IMG/VR virus record: IMGVR_UViG_3300032516_000022
Coordinates: 1-61,818 of that record
Strand: one strand, 5' to 3'
DNA: 61,818 bases
Source of the DNA: a virus
Taxonomy: Duplodnaviria; Caudoviricetes
Below are positions 16,530 through 26,012 of this stretch, in pieces (position 1 is the first letter of the stretch; each line of letters begins with the position of its first letter). Under the pieces are notes generated by a model, which was not told where the DNA came from, ran no database searches, and saw only the letters and a list, made by a program, of their open reading frames with translations. The position numbers were made by a program, and so were the translations under genes.

Positions 16530-19073
16530 ATGAAGCTGAAGACAAACGACAGAGTACAGACTTTGGGTGGGCAAGGGTCAGGAAACTTTGGGCATGCGGG
16601 CATTCCCGGGCAGATGGGTGGTAGTGCTGGTGATGGGGGTGGGAATGGAGAAAATGATCCCAGAGGTTCTAATCCTGTAATTGTTTCAGATACTGGAGTT
16701 GTTTCTATCTTTGATCAAAAGGGACTGCCTCCAGTTGTTCTCTTTACTGGAAAATCGAAAATTGTGACTTCTGGAGAATCTTTTACAAAGACATTGAACA
16801 AGTATAATAGTTTGCGAGATAGTTTGAAAGGAGCTGACTTCAAACAAAAATTAGGCAAAATGGAACCATTCTCTACTGGACCAAATGATATGAAGCAAAC
16901 AGATACTTTTACGAGAGATAATGTCACTGTAGAAGCCACTTTGCTTGCAAGAGACGGAGCCAGCACAGGTGCTTTGCAAATGAAGGTAATCAAGAACAAC
17001 GAAGAGGAATCATCTATGAACGGAATCCGCCACCTCATGTCCAAGCTGGTCAAGAAGGACACTCTGGACGACCGGGATATGCTGGTCGTGCCCACCGTCC
17101 TCATCTGCGAGGGCGTCCACAACGGAGCCTTCTACTCGGCTGACGAAATCCAGAAGTTCCCCGAAAGCTGGAACGGTCGCCCAGTGGTGGTCCGGCATCC
17201 CAACAAGGACGGAGTACCCGTGACTGCCGGACAGACTACCGTGCTGGAAGGGCAGACCGTCGGGGCCATCTACAACTGCGAGTGGGACGGAGCCACCAAC
17301 AAGCTGAAGGGTGAAGCGTGGATCGACGTAGCGAAGTGCATGGCTGTTGCCCCTGAGGTTCTGGAGAAGCTGGAGAAGAATGAGCGGCTGGAAGTCAGCA
17401 CGGGTTTGTTCACGGAAGACGAGGAGCTGCAGATCAACTCCAAGTGGGGCAATGAGGACTACGGCACGGTGGTCAAGAACTTCCGTCCTGATCATCTGGC
17501 CATTCTCCCCGACAGCGTGGGGGCCTGCAGCTGGGAAGACGGAGCAGGGATGCCTAGGCTGAACGAGCAGCATGAAAATGAGGGAACTTCTGAGGGTGCT
17601 GTCAAGGGCTGGGAGACTCGCAAGGGTGGATCTATTGGATCCGAAGCAGATTTATTGAAGATGTCTGCGGGGGATTTGAAATCTGAATACGAAGAAACCA
17701 AGAGCAAATTGGATAAAGTGGAAAGTCGTTTGGAGGCTTCCAAAGACAATTCCCCTTTGGAGAAAAAGTTAAGCAATGAAAAATCCACGTTGGAAAGCCG
17801 TCTTGGTAAACTGGACACGGCAATGGAATTGAAAAAGGGAACTCCAAAAGAGGATTTATTGGTACCTGAGGCTTGGGCAAAGTGGGGTCTGAAAGACATC
17901 TCAGAGGAGACCAAAAGGAGTCAGGAAACCACGGAAACGGAAAAAACGAGCTGGATGGATGTCAAAGAACCTGCCCCATCTTTTGCAGCAGAGGATCGAA
18001 GGAGAAGGGATCGTGAACGTAATAACGAAGAGCAGCTGAAGGATCTTGGCGGTCAGGGATTAGGCAACTTCGGGCACAGTGGTCGGCCGGGGGAGAGGGG
18101 TGGGAGTGGTGGCGGTGGGATGCCTCGATTGAATGAGCAGCACAGCAACGAGGGAACTTCAGAGGGTGCTGTGAAGGGCTGGGAGACGAGGCGTGGTGGT
18201 GGACACAATGATAAGCCGGAAGATGAAAAGCATAACACCGGCGCACAAAAAGCACGAGACGAGAACATTATTGTTGGGGATAAAGTGGTAATTGGAACGG
18301 CACAAGGTGGTGGAATAGGTGTCGTTGTTGGCTTTGATAGGGATGGATCTTTTGCCACTGTTAGAACAGGTGGAAAATACAAGTCATTCCACAACTCCGA
18401 TTTGGCACTGAAAGACATCTCAGAGGAGACCAAAAGGAGTCAGGAAACCACGGAAACGGAAAAAACGAGCTGGATGGATGTCAAAGAACCTGCCCCATCT
18501 TTTGCAGCAGAGGATCGAAGGAGAAGGGATCGTGAACGTAATAACGAAGAGAAGAACAACAAAGCGAAAACAACCAGTAACACCATCCATACAAAACCCC
18601 TGAAAGGAGTACATATGGACAGGGAAGAGCAGATCGCCACCCTCATTAAGGGCGGCAAGTGGAACGAAGGCGCTCGGGAGTTCCTGACGAACCTCGAGGA
18701 CGAGACGTTCCAGCACATCGTGGCACTGAGCCAGGATGCAACGGAAGCGGAAGCTCCCAAGCCGGCAAAGCCCGTCACCTTGGAAGAGTACGTGGCCGGA
18801 GCTCCGGTTGAAGTGCGAAGCGTCCTGACCCGGGCAATCGCCCGCGATCAGGCTGTCAAGAGCGGCATCGTGAACAGCTTGAAGGCGAACAGTCGCTGCA
18901 AGTTCAACGAGGCTGAACTGAATAGCATGGACATCTCCAGTCTTGAGAAGATGGCTGCCCTTGCTCAGGTTGAAGTGGACTATGCTGGCGTCGCTGGCGC
19001 AGCCCCCAAGACCAACGAAGCGGATATTGAGCTCGAGGCTCCCGCGATGCCGGCTCTGTTCGGCAAGAAGTAA
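16530..19073 (+). CDS. Prohead protease (DUF2213-like)/scaffold polyprotein with inserted modules
   Basis: Core EGVHNG, WNGRPVVVRHP, EVSTG, PDHLAILP...GACS. Possible internal RBS+ATG at 17016 and 18615. Confidence 0.85.
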   Translation: MKLKTNDRVQTLGGQGSGNFGHAGIPGQMGGSAGDGGGNGENDPRGSNPVIVSDTGVVSIFDQKGLPPVVLFTGKSKIVTSGESFTKTLNKYNSLRDSLKGADFKQKLGKMEPFSTGPNDMKQTDTFTRDNVTVEATLLARDGASTGALQMKVIKNNEEESSMNGIRHLMSKLVKKDTLDDRDMLVVPTVLICEGVHNGAFYSADEIQKFPESWNGRPVVVRHPNKDGVPVTAGQTTVLEGQTVGAIYNCEWDGATNKLKGEAWIDVAKCMAVAPEVLEKLEKNERLEVSTGLFTEDEELQINSKWGNEDYGTVVKNFRPDHLAILPDSVGACSWEDGAGMPRLNEQHENEGTSEGAVKGWETRKGGSIGSEADLLKMSAGDLKSEYEETKSKLDKVESRLEASKDNSPLEKKLSNEKSTLESRLGKLDTAMELKKGTPKEDLLVPEAWAKWGLKDISEETKRSQETTETEKTSWMDVKEPAPSFAAEDRRRRDRERNNEEQLKDLGGQGLGNFGHSGRPGERGGSGGGGMPRLNEQHSNEGTSEGAVKGWETRRGGGHNDKPEDEKHNTGAQKARDENIIVGDKVVIGTAQGGGIGVVVGFDRDGSFATVRTGGKYKSFHNSDLALKDISEETKRSQETTETEKTSWMDVKEPAPSFAAEDRRRRDRERNNEEKNNKAKTTSNTIHTKPLKGVHMDREEQIATLIKGGKWNEGAREFLTNLEDETFQHIVALSQDATEAEAPKPAKPVTLEEYVAGAPVEVRSVLTRAIARDQAVKSGIVNSLKANSRCKFNEAELNSMDISSLEKMAALAQVEVDYAGVAGAAPKTNEADIELEAPAMPALFGKK
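17889..18551 (+). repeat. 144-bp direct repeat (17889-18032 / 18408-18551)
   Basis: Identical by eye; encodes LKDISEETK...RERNNEE twice. Confidence 0.95.
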
Positions 19074-19109
19074 GATCCAACAGGATCATCAAGAAAGGAA
19101 GTAGGCTAT

Positions 19110-19553
19110 ATGGCTTACAAGACAATCAGCGTAATCGCCGATGGGGCGATTTCCAAGGAAGCGAACGCCAGCGGTTCGATCACTCCGGGGATGCTTATAG
19201 AAAAGCTGTCCTCTGGTGCGATTCGGGCTCACGGCAGTGCGGGTTGTGATGCACAGCGCGCATTCGCAGTCGAGAACGATCTGGCTGGTGAAGAGATCAG
19301 CCACGCGTATACCGACGGCGAGAAGGTCATGTACAAGGTCTATCAACGCGGGAACGAAGTGTATGCCCGTCTGACGACCTCCCAGACAATCAACATTGGT
19401 GATACTCTGGAAAGCAACGGCGACGGAAATCTCCGGAAGCACGCCAGCGACAGCGCGGGTGTGGTTGAGTATCCGGAAGGTCTCGTCGGTATCGCGATGG
19501 AGTCGGTGGTCACAACGAATGCTGTCAAGGGCATTCTCGTCGAGATCATCTAA
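19110..19553 (+). CDS. Capsid decoration/cement protein
   Basis: ITPGMLIE and GDTLESNGDG motifs; lies between scaffold and major capsid gene. Confidence 0.7.
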   Translation: MAYKTISVIADGAISKEANASGSITPGMLIEKLSSGAIRAHGSAGCDAQRAFAVENDLAGEEISHAYTDGEKVMYKVYQRGNEVYARLTTSQTINIGDTLESNGDGNLRKHASDSAGVVEYPEGLVGIAMESVVTTNAVKGILVEII

Positions 19554-19576
19554 CAAAAGAAAGGAAATCATTACAC

Positions 19577-20569
19577 ATGAATAAGTTGCTCATGGAAATG
19601 ATGGCCAAGGGATATACCACGGCTCAGAAGCTGTTGGCTTCGGGGCTCAAGGTGAATGCCCTTCGGACAAACGCCACCCTTCGTAAGGACGAGTGGGTGG
19701 AGTATGACAAGGCGGTCGTGGAAGCCGCCCAACTGAGAATGGTTGGCGTTGCTGACCTGATCAGTCGGGGTCTGGTTTACCGGTTCGGCAACGGACTGGG
19801 CAAGACCGTGCTGGAGTACGAGGATGGCAGTGACATGTCCGATGCTCAGGTGAGCATGGATGGTGTGACGCGTGGACGGAATGATCGGATCGAATTTGAT
19901 CTGAACTACCTGCCCTTGCCGATCACTCACAAGGACTGGTTCCTGAACATCCGCACTTTGAACGCGACCCGCGCAGGCGGCTCCAACCTTGATACCACGC
20001 AGGCGGCTCTGGCTTCCCGCAAGGTGTCTGAGGCAGTGGAGAACTACCTGTTCAACGGCTCGAGTTCATTCACGTTTGGCGGTGGGACGATTTATGGTCT
20101 GACTGATCAGACCGATCGTAACACTGGCTCCCTGACCGTCGACTGGGCTTCGGCCACAGGCGATCAGATTCTGGACGATGTGAAGAACATGAAGCAGGAG
20201 TCCATTGACGCTCGGCACTACGGTCCCTGGATGCTCTACATCCCGACCGAGTACGAGACTGCCTTGGATGACGACTTCAAAGCTGCCAGCGACAAGTCGA
20301 TTCGTCAGAGGGTCAAGGAAATCTCTGGTCTCATCGACATCCGCGTGGCTGACAAACTGGGCAAGAGCAGCACTGGCAAGAGTCAGGTGTTGCTGGTCCA
20401 GATGTCCGCTGACGTGGTCCGTATGGTCGAGGGTCTCCCCCTGACCAACGTCGAGTGGCAGGAGCAGGGCGGGATGGTGACCAACTTCAAGGTCATGACC
20501 ATTCTGGTCCCGCAGGTTCGGAGTGACCAGGACAATCGGTCCGGCGTCACGCACTACACGGCTCCCTGA
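19577..20569 (+). CDS. Major capsid protein (HK97 fold, linocin/encapsulin-like family)
   Basis: ALRTNATLRKDEW..YD.AV, LPLPITHKD, YGPWMLY; position and strongly biased codons. Confidence 0.9.
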   Translation: MNKLLMEMMAKGYTTAQKLLASGLKVNALRTNATLRKDEWVEYDKAVVEAAQLRMVGVADLISRGLVYRFGNGLGKTVLEYEDGSDMSDAQVSMDGVTRGRNDRIEFDLNYLPLPITHKDWFLNIRTLNATRAGGSNLDTTQAALASRKVSEAVENYLFNGSSSFTFGGGTIYGLTDQTDRNTGSLTVDWASATGDQILDDVKNMKQESIDARHYGPWMLYIPTEYETALDDDFKAASDKSIRQRVKEISGLIDIRVADKLGKSSTGKSQVLLVQMSADVVRMVEGLPLTNVEWQEQGGMVTNFKVMTILVPQVRSDQDNRSGVTHYTAP

Positions 20570-20594
20570 AGCGGTGTAGCGTAGCGATCAACAG

Positions 20595-20631
20595 GGTCCC
20601 CAAGGCCAACAACCCCTTGGGGACCTTCTCT
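20595..20631 (+). terminator. Stem-loop after the major capsid gene
   Basis: GGTCCCCAAGG-N9-CCTTGGGGACC followed by TTCTCT. Confidence 0.65.
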
Positions 20632-20655
20632 AACCAAGAGAAAAGCGAGGTTATT

Positions 20656-21261
20656 ATGGTTCGCACAGCAGGTACGGGACGAAGAACGGCAGGAGTAAGG
20701 GCGAAGAAAGTGATCGCCCCAGTAAAGCAACACGAGGATGTGCTTCCTGAGGAGGATGCTATTCCTACGGATGAGGATGTGGCTTTACAGCAGGTCAAAC
20801 AGGACATACCGGAAGAGAAGTCTGTGGTCATGGTGGATGATCCGGCCACGGCGAAGTATAAGTTTCGTCTGATTCGCGGATGTCACAGTATCGTTCTTGG
20901 ATTGGACAAGAACGGTCGGGCAATCCGCAAACGTCTGACGACAGGAGATATTCTGGAGAGTAACGAGGAATTGGATCTGACATTCGCCAATCGATTCGAG
21001 CGAATGACTCCGGAAATGGAACGGCGGGAGAAGCTGGCTGTTGTTGCTCGTCGGAATCCTACTCCGAAGATTCAACAGATTGTCAACAAGATCACGGATG
21101 ATGCAAAGGCCAAGGACCATTCCAGTCCCCGGTTGCGCACGGTCAATCGAGGCGCAAATAAGTATGACGTCATCCGAGAAGACACGGGTCTTCCGATCAA
21201 CGACAAGTTTCTTTCCCTCGAGGAAGCCAAGATGATGGAGCAGGCTGGGAACGCTAAGTAG
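20656..21261 (+). CDS. Hypothetical protein after the major capsid gene
   Basis: GAGGT RBS; charged 201-aa ORF. Confidence 0.7.
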   Translation: MVRTAGTGRRTAGVRAKKVIAPVKQHEDVLPEEDAIPTDEDVALQQVKQDIPEEKSVVMVDDPATAKYKFRLIRGCHSIVLGLDKNGRAIRKRLTTGDILESNEELDLTFANRFERMTPEMERREKLAVVARRNPTPKIQQIVNKITDDAKAKDHSSPRLRTVNRGANKYDVIREDTGLPINDKFLSLEEAKMMEQAGNAK

Positions 21262-21268
21262 GCTGATT

Positions 21269-21952
21269 ATGGTCACAGGGGCAACAGGATTTTGGCAGTG
21301 TCCTAAGATGTGGGCTGGGTCCACCGTGGTCGTGATAGGGGGTGGACCCAGCTTGCGTTTGCTGCAATGGGACTTGCTTTGGACAATGGCAAAGAATAGT
21401 AGGTTCATTGCTTGCAACGATGCCTATTCCTTGCGATGGCCGGACATCTGCTTCTTCGGGGATGTGGGCTGGCACGATATTCATTCACACTTGGCTGCAT
21501 TTGAGCAATACGGTGGTTTGAAGATTACTCCGGCATTAGAGTGCTTGGGGTTTGCTGGGTTGTCCGTTATGGAACGGAAGCCACTTAATCCTGCGAAGGC
21601 TGTGGAATGTCTGAAGGAAGAAAAGAGCCACCAGATCACGTGGTTCGGCAATACTGGAGTGACTGCAATTCTGTTGGCGGCGAAATTAGGGGCGAAGCGG
21701 ATTGTGCTGCTGGGGTTTGACATGATGGTTGACAGCGGTGATGGTAAGGCAAATTGGTATCACAATCTCAAGAGCAAACCAAAGCCTTCCATCTATTCTA
21801 AGTTCATCGTGAATGCAGGGTTGTTGGCAGCAGCCATGCACACGATTTACCCAGACGTGGATGTTGTCAATGGATTGGTTGCCCCTTACAAGTCAGCACT
21901 GAGTGTATTTGAGACAATGGATTGGAAGGAGGCGTTGCTTGAAAGGGACTAA
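21269..21952 (+). CDS. Maf/DUF115-like glycosyltransferase
   Basis: VVIGGGPSL, IACNDAY, GAKRIVLLGFDM. Confidence 0.7.
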   Translation: MVTGATGFWQCPKMWAGSTVVVIGGGPSLRLLQWDLLWTMAKNSRFIACNDAYSLRWPDICFFGDVGWHDIHSHLAAFEQYGGLKITPALECLGFAGLSVMERKPLNPAKAVECLKEEKSHQITWFGNTGVTAILLAAKLGAKRIVLLGFDMMVDSGDGKANWYHNLKSKPKPSIYSKFIVNAGLLAAAMHTIYPDVDVVNGLVAPYKSALSVFETMDWKEALLERD

Positions 21953-22595
21953 AGGACAGGACAACACAACGGCGGACCACACGAGACTGATTACAGACTC
22001 GTATCGCTCTGCCAACCGATTGATGCACGAGGTTGGCTTTGGTAAGGGTGGGTACCAATGGGCGCCAGCAGCGATTGGCTTGATTATGATGACCAGAGCC
22101 AGTCGGGCTCTCAGCATCAAGTCCGTTTTGGATTATGGTTGTGGGCAAGGGACACTTCAGTGGGTACTGATTGACTTGTTGCAGCAACACGGTCTTGTTG
22201 GACAAGTGACAGTCGATGGCTATGATCCGGCTTCGCCGAATGAATTGCTTCACAAGCAACCTGAACCAGCAGACCTCGTGACGTGCACAGACGTATTGGA
22301 ACACATCGAGCCACATCTGCTAGGGAATGTACTGAATCACATTGCATCCCTAGCCAACTTGTATGTGATTTTTTCAGTTGCAATGCTGAAGTCCAAACAG
22401 ATTCTACCCAACGGACAGAACGCGCATCTGATTCAAGAGAATGGATCGTGGTGGCGAAACAAACTTCGACAGTACTTTACCAACCACGACATCTTGGAGA
22501 TTCCAATTAACAAGCCGTCTGAGCATGTCGTGTTTGTACTGGCCGTCAAACAAGATCATGACAAACCCGGAAAGATGAGTCCTATCGTATGGTGA
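21903..22595 (+). CDS. Class I SAM methyltransferase
   Basis: VLDYGCGQG, YDP, DLVTCTDVLEHI, NAHL...WW. Start uncertain. Confidence 0.85.
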   Translation: MYLRQWIGRRRCLKGTKGQDNTTADHTRLITDSYRSANRLMHEVGFGKGGYQWAPAAIGLIMMTRASRALSIKSVLDYGCGQGTLQWVLIDLLQQHGLVGQVTVDGYDPASPNELLHKQPEPADLVTCTDVLEHIEPHLLGNVLNHIASLANLYVIFSVAMLKSKQILPNGQNAHLIQENGSWWRNKLRQYFTNHDILEIPINKPSEHVVFVLAVKQDHDKPGKMSPIVW

Positions 22596-22598
22596 TGC

Positions 22599-23222
22599 AT
22601 GATTCCTCCCCTTTACAAAGGTCGGACGGTTTACATCTTGGCCAGTGGTCCTTCCTTGCATCAATTGGATGGCAAGGACTGGTTGAGAGGGCGAGCTTGT
22701 GTCGCGGTAAACAGTTCCATGTTTGTTGGCAACTACATTGATGTCCTCTTCTTCGGGGACGCCAAGTGGTATTGGTGGAACAAGAGTGCAGTGGACATGT
22801 TTCCCGGGTACAAGTTCAGCATGAACCTGGAAAGGAAGGGAAGACAAGAATCTATTGCAGGACAGTCGGGGATTACCATTCTCAGTCAGGACCGCAAGAA
22901 GGCAGGACTCGAGACCAAGCCGGATAAGCTTTGCTTTAACGGATCCTCGGGCGCATGCGCTCTGAACCTTGCTTACCATCTTGGAGCAGCTCGAATGGTC
23001 TTGTTAGGGTTTGATATGCAGCAGGTGGGCAACGACAGGAACTACATCCACCATCCGATCAGAGGAAGTCTGAAGTATGCAGGCATGATCAAACGCATGA
23101 AAGTTCTTTCGCAGGACTTGCAAGCGGCCGGAATCCCAGTCTTTAATGCAACAGAGAACAGCGCATTGCCATGGTTTCCTAGAATACCGTTGAAGGAGGC
23201 GTTATGCAAGTTCCCAAAGTGA
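22599..23222 (+). CDS. Second Maf/DUF115-like glycosyltransferase
   Basis: ILASGPSL, VAVN, FFGD, GAARMVLLGFDM; paralog of 21269. Confidence 0.7.
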   Translation: MIPPLYKGRTVYILASGPSLHQLDGKDWLRGRACVAVNSSMFVGNYIDVLFFGDAKWYWWNKSAVDMFPGYKFSMNLERKGRQESIAGQSGITILSQDRKKAGLETKPDKLCFNGSSGACALNLAYHLGAARMVLLGFDMQQVGNDRNYIHHPIRGSLKYAGMIKRMKVLSQDLQAAGIPVFNATENSALPWFPRIPLKEALCKFPK

Positions 23223-23971
23223 TGGAAGAGTTTATCACCATACAGATGATCCTTGTGACTGGTGCTTCTATTGGCCGGTATGGGGATGGGGAATTCAGAA
23301 CAGCTCGAGGATCGTCTTTGAAGTTTCAGGACTTCGATCCGGAACTTGCTACACGTCTTCAGCAGATTCTCGTCTCCAATGATCCGGGATTCCTTGTGGG
23401 CATTCCCCGGGTTTGGGGGCGCAGGGATCTGTGCTTCTACGATCCTCAGAAGCATGACAATTGGCTGAGGTGCATGAGCAATCCAGACTTTCTTAACATG
23501 CTGGATATGGACAAGCAGTATGCCAGTGCCTTCATCACTCGTCCGGACGCAGCCATTCATATTGAGTGTGACGACTACTGGAATATGGTTCGGACTATTT
23601 GGCGCGGACGGCGAGTGGTTTACTTTGTTGGGGAAGGTGATGGCAAGCCGAGCAAGGCAATGCAAGGTCGGGGATTCTTGGAAGAGGCCAAGGAGTTGAA
23701 AGTAGAGAAATGTCTGCCGAGACAAGCATGGAGTCAGCATAAGGAGTTGATTGAAAGGGCCAAGCAATACGATCCAAAGAAGTGGTTGATAATGCTTAGT
23801 CTGGGGCCAACGGCCACTGTGGTAGCGTACGACTTGTTCAAGCTGGGGTATCAGGCTTTGGACGTGGGGCATATGCCGATGTTCTACAATCGGACCCATC
23901 CCAAGATGCCAAAGTTCCTTCAGTGCATTGTGGACAAGTATGAAGCAATGGGAAAAACAAAGGAGACATAG
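23204..23971 (+). CDS. GT-D fold glycosyltransferase (DUF1792)
   Basis: SIGRYGDGE, LSLGPTATVVAYDL, QALDVGH. Confidence 0.85.
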   Translation: MQVPKVMEEFITIQMILVTGASIGRYGDGEFRTARGSSLKFQDFDPELATRLQQILVSNDPGFLVGIPRVWGRRDLCFYDPQKHDNWLRCMSNPDFLNMLDMDKQYASAFITRPDAAIHIECDDYWNMVRTIWRGRRVVYFVGEGDGKPSKAMQGRGFLEEAKELKVEKCLPRQAWSQHKELIERAKQYDPKKWLIMLSLGPTATVVAYDLFKLGYQALDVGHMPMFYNRTHPKMPKFLQCIVDKYEAMGKTKET

Positions 23972-23972
23972 T

Positions 23973-24605
23973 ATGGAGCTCGAGTTCAAAAAAGGGTTCT
24001 GGTGGCCGAAAGACACAACTGACAAAACAGTTTCTTTTCAGATTAACAATCTGAGAAGTGTGGAAAAAGTTCTCACCTATTGTCCCCAGCGCAGGGGTGT
24101 GATCTGTGCTGGAGGAAATCTCGGACTATTTCCTAAGACGCTGGCACCTCAGTTTAATTCAGTCTGGACTTTTGAGCCGGACCGAATCAGCTTCAACTGT
24201 CTAGTCAAGAATGTGGAAGACCATAAGAACGTGATCCCGATGCCTATTGCTTTGGCTGAGCGGACAACCTTTGTGGAAATGGAACACATCCACGATTCCA
24301 GCCATCGGGTGATTGGCTTTCGTGAAGGCACTGTTCCCGCTTTGGCTTTGGACACGTTTGAGTATTACTACGATTGCCTGATCTTGGATGTGGAGGGCTG
24401 CGAGTACTACGTGCTGAAGGGAGCCCAGCGGTCCCTTTCCTTACATCGTCCGACCGTCATGCTTGAAGTCCGGGAAGAGCTCCTTAAGTTTTACGGACTG
24501 AAGGTCGGCTGCATCAAAGAAGTGATGGACGAGTTCAACTACATCGAAGTGGACGCCATCGGGCATGATAAGATTTTCCTGCCCAAGGAAAAGGTGAGGA
24601 AGTAA
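23973..24605 (+). CDS. FkbM-family methyltransferase
   Basis: AGGNLGLFP, TFEPD, LDVEGCE..VLKGA, PTVMLE. Confidence 0.85.
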   Translation: MELEFKKGFWWPKDTTDKTVSFQINNLRSVEKVLTYCPQRRGVICAGGNLGLFPKTLAPQFNSVWTFEPDRISFNCLVKNVEDHKNVIPMPIALAERTTFVEMEHIHDSSHRVIGFREGTVPALALDTFEYYYDCLILDVEGCEYYVLKGAQRSLSLHRPTVMLEVREELLKFYGLKVGCIKEVMDEFNYIEVDAIGHDKIFLPKEKVRK

Positions 24606-24607
24606 TC

Positions 24608-25360
24608 ATGACCAATCCACATATGCTGACGCTGGTCTATCCGTACTACGACAATCCGGAAATGCTCAAGCTGCACTTTGCGGAGTGGGCCAACTATCCA
24701 CAGGAGATTAAGGCCAACATAGAAGCAGTAATTGTGGACGATTGCTCTGCCAAGGTTTCTGCTCTACCGATTGTCAAGGAGTGTGCTCCGCAGGTCGGGT
24801 TCCCTGTACGGCAGTTTCGGATTACTCGCAAGGTGATGTGGAATTGGTTGGCGGCTCGGAACATCGGTGCTCATGAGGCAAAGGATTCGTGGCTACTGAT
24901 GACGGACATGGACTTGATGCTACGGGCGGAAGATGCTTTTCAGATTGTACGCCTTGCCAAGGGTGGCATTTTGAGAGAGGATGCTTTCTATCTTTTGGAC
25001 CGAGTGATTGCTCCGGATGGCCGGGGATATAAGGTTCATCCCAACACGTACTTGATGAGTAAGAGTCTGTACTGGCATATTGGTGGATATGATGAAGAGT
25101 ATGCTGGCATCTATGGATGTGATGGCACATACCGAAGACTGGCGTTGAAGATTGCCTTCGGGGGTCATTTCCATTTGCATGGTATCAAGGTCACATACTA
25201 TCCCCGATCCTTTGTAGCTGACTCCGGGGTTCAAGACGATGGTCGGAAAGCAACCCGAGAAGCTATCAAGAACAAGGTCGCGATCAAAGAGGGAGCCAAC
25301 AAGCTGAAGAAGGGCATTCGCCCAACAGCTTTGTCATTCCCTTACATCAAAGAGTACTGA
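24608..25360 (+). CDS. GT2-family glycosyltransferase
   Basis: VIVDDCS, ARNIG, TDMD, GGYDEEYAG.YG.D. Confidence 0.85.
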   Translation: MTNPHMLTLVYPYYDNPEMLKLHFAEWANYPQEIKANIEAVIVDDCSAKVSALPIVKECAPQVGFPVRQFRITRKVMWNWLAARNIGAHEAKDSWLLMTDMDLMLRAEDAFQIVRLAKGGILREDAFYLLDRVIAPDGRGYKVHPNTYLMSKSLYWHIGGYDEEYAGIYGCDGTYRRLALKIAFGGHFHLHGIKVTYYPRSFVADSGVQDDGRKATREAIKNKVAIKEGANKLKKGIRPTALSFPYIKEY

Positions 25361-25361
25361 C

Positions 25362-26012
25362 ATGGGTATCAAGACATACGCTGTGCAACTGGTCATGGGC
25401 GCCTGCGCGAATCGACCCGTGAATTCCCGGAAGGTTCGGATTTGTGAGCTCGGCAATCAGCACCTCAAGTATGCTGATCCTGAGTTGCTTTCCTACCTGA
25501 CAGTGATGGGAATGAATGGTGCTTTGACAGGCAAGGAGCTGTTCACTTCACTGGGCATGGATCATACTTCTATAGACATCAATGGACGGGACGGGGCTTT
25601 GCCCTACGATCTGTGTTGTCCACTTCCTATTGGTTTGTTAGGCGAGTGGGACATTGTGACAAACTTCGGCACCAGTGAGCATGTTCCCTATCAGTACAAC
25701 TGCTTCAAGAACATTCACGATTTGGCTTCTACTGACTGCGTGATGCTACACATCGTATCTGCCAACCCTCGTCATGGGGGTTGGAATTACAATGTGCAAT
25801 TCTTTCACGCCTTGGCGGAGGCCAATCACTATATGATTACAATGCCACCTACTTTGGAAACGGGATGCTACCAGAATCATGTGGCCTGTGTACTGAAGAA
25901 AGTCAAGGGAGCACCGTTTTGTTCTGTGGAAGATTTTCCAAAGCCGATTCGTGTAGGGGACTTTGAGCAGTACCGTATCTTGACGACGAGGAGGGCTGAA
26001 GCATGTCCTTGA
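25362..26012 (+). CDS. SAM methyltransferase-like protein
   Basis: ICELGNQ, SIDIN, DIVTNFGTSEHV. Confidence 0.7.
   Translation: MGIKTYAVQLVMGACANRPVNSRKVRICELGNQHLKYADPELLSYLTVMGMNGALTGKELFTSLGMDHTSIDINGRDGALPYDLCCPLPIGLLGEWDIVTNFGTSEHVPYQYNCFKNIHDLASTDCVMLHIVSANPRHGGWNYNVQFFHALAEANHYMITMPPTLETGCYQNHVACVLKKVKGAPFCSVEDFPKPIRVGDFEQYRILTTRRAEACP

Noticed and set aside
17889-18551. Repeat pair as a diversity-generating retroelement TR/VR
   Set aside because: The copies are identical, with no adenine-specific differences, and no reverse transcriptase is encoded.
19577-20569. Encapsulin/bacteriocin nanocompartment
   Set aside because: Its context (terminase, portal, protease, neck, tail) identifies it as the phage major capsid protein.
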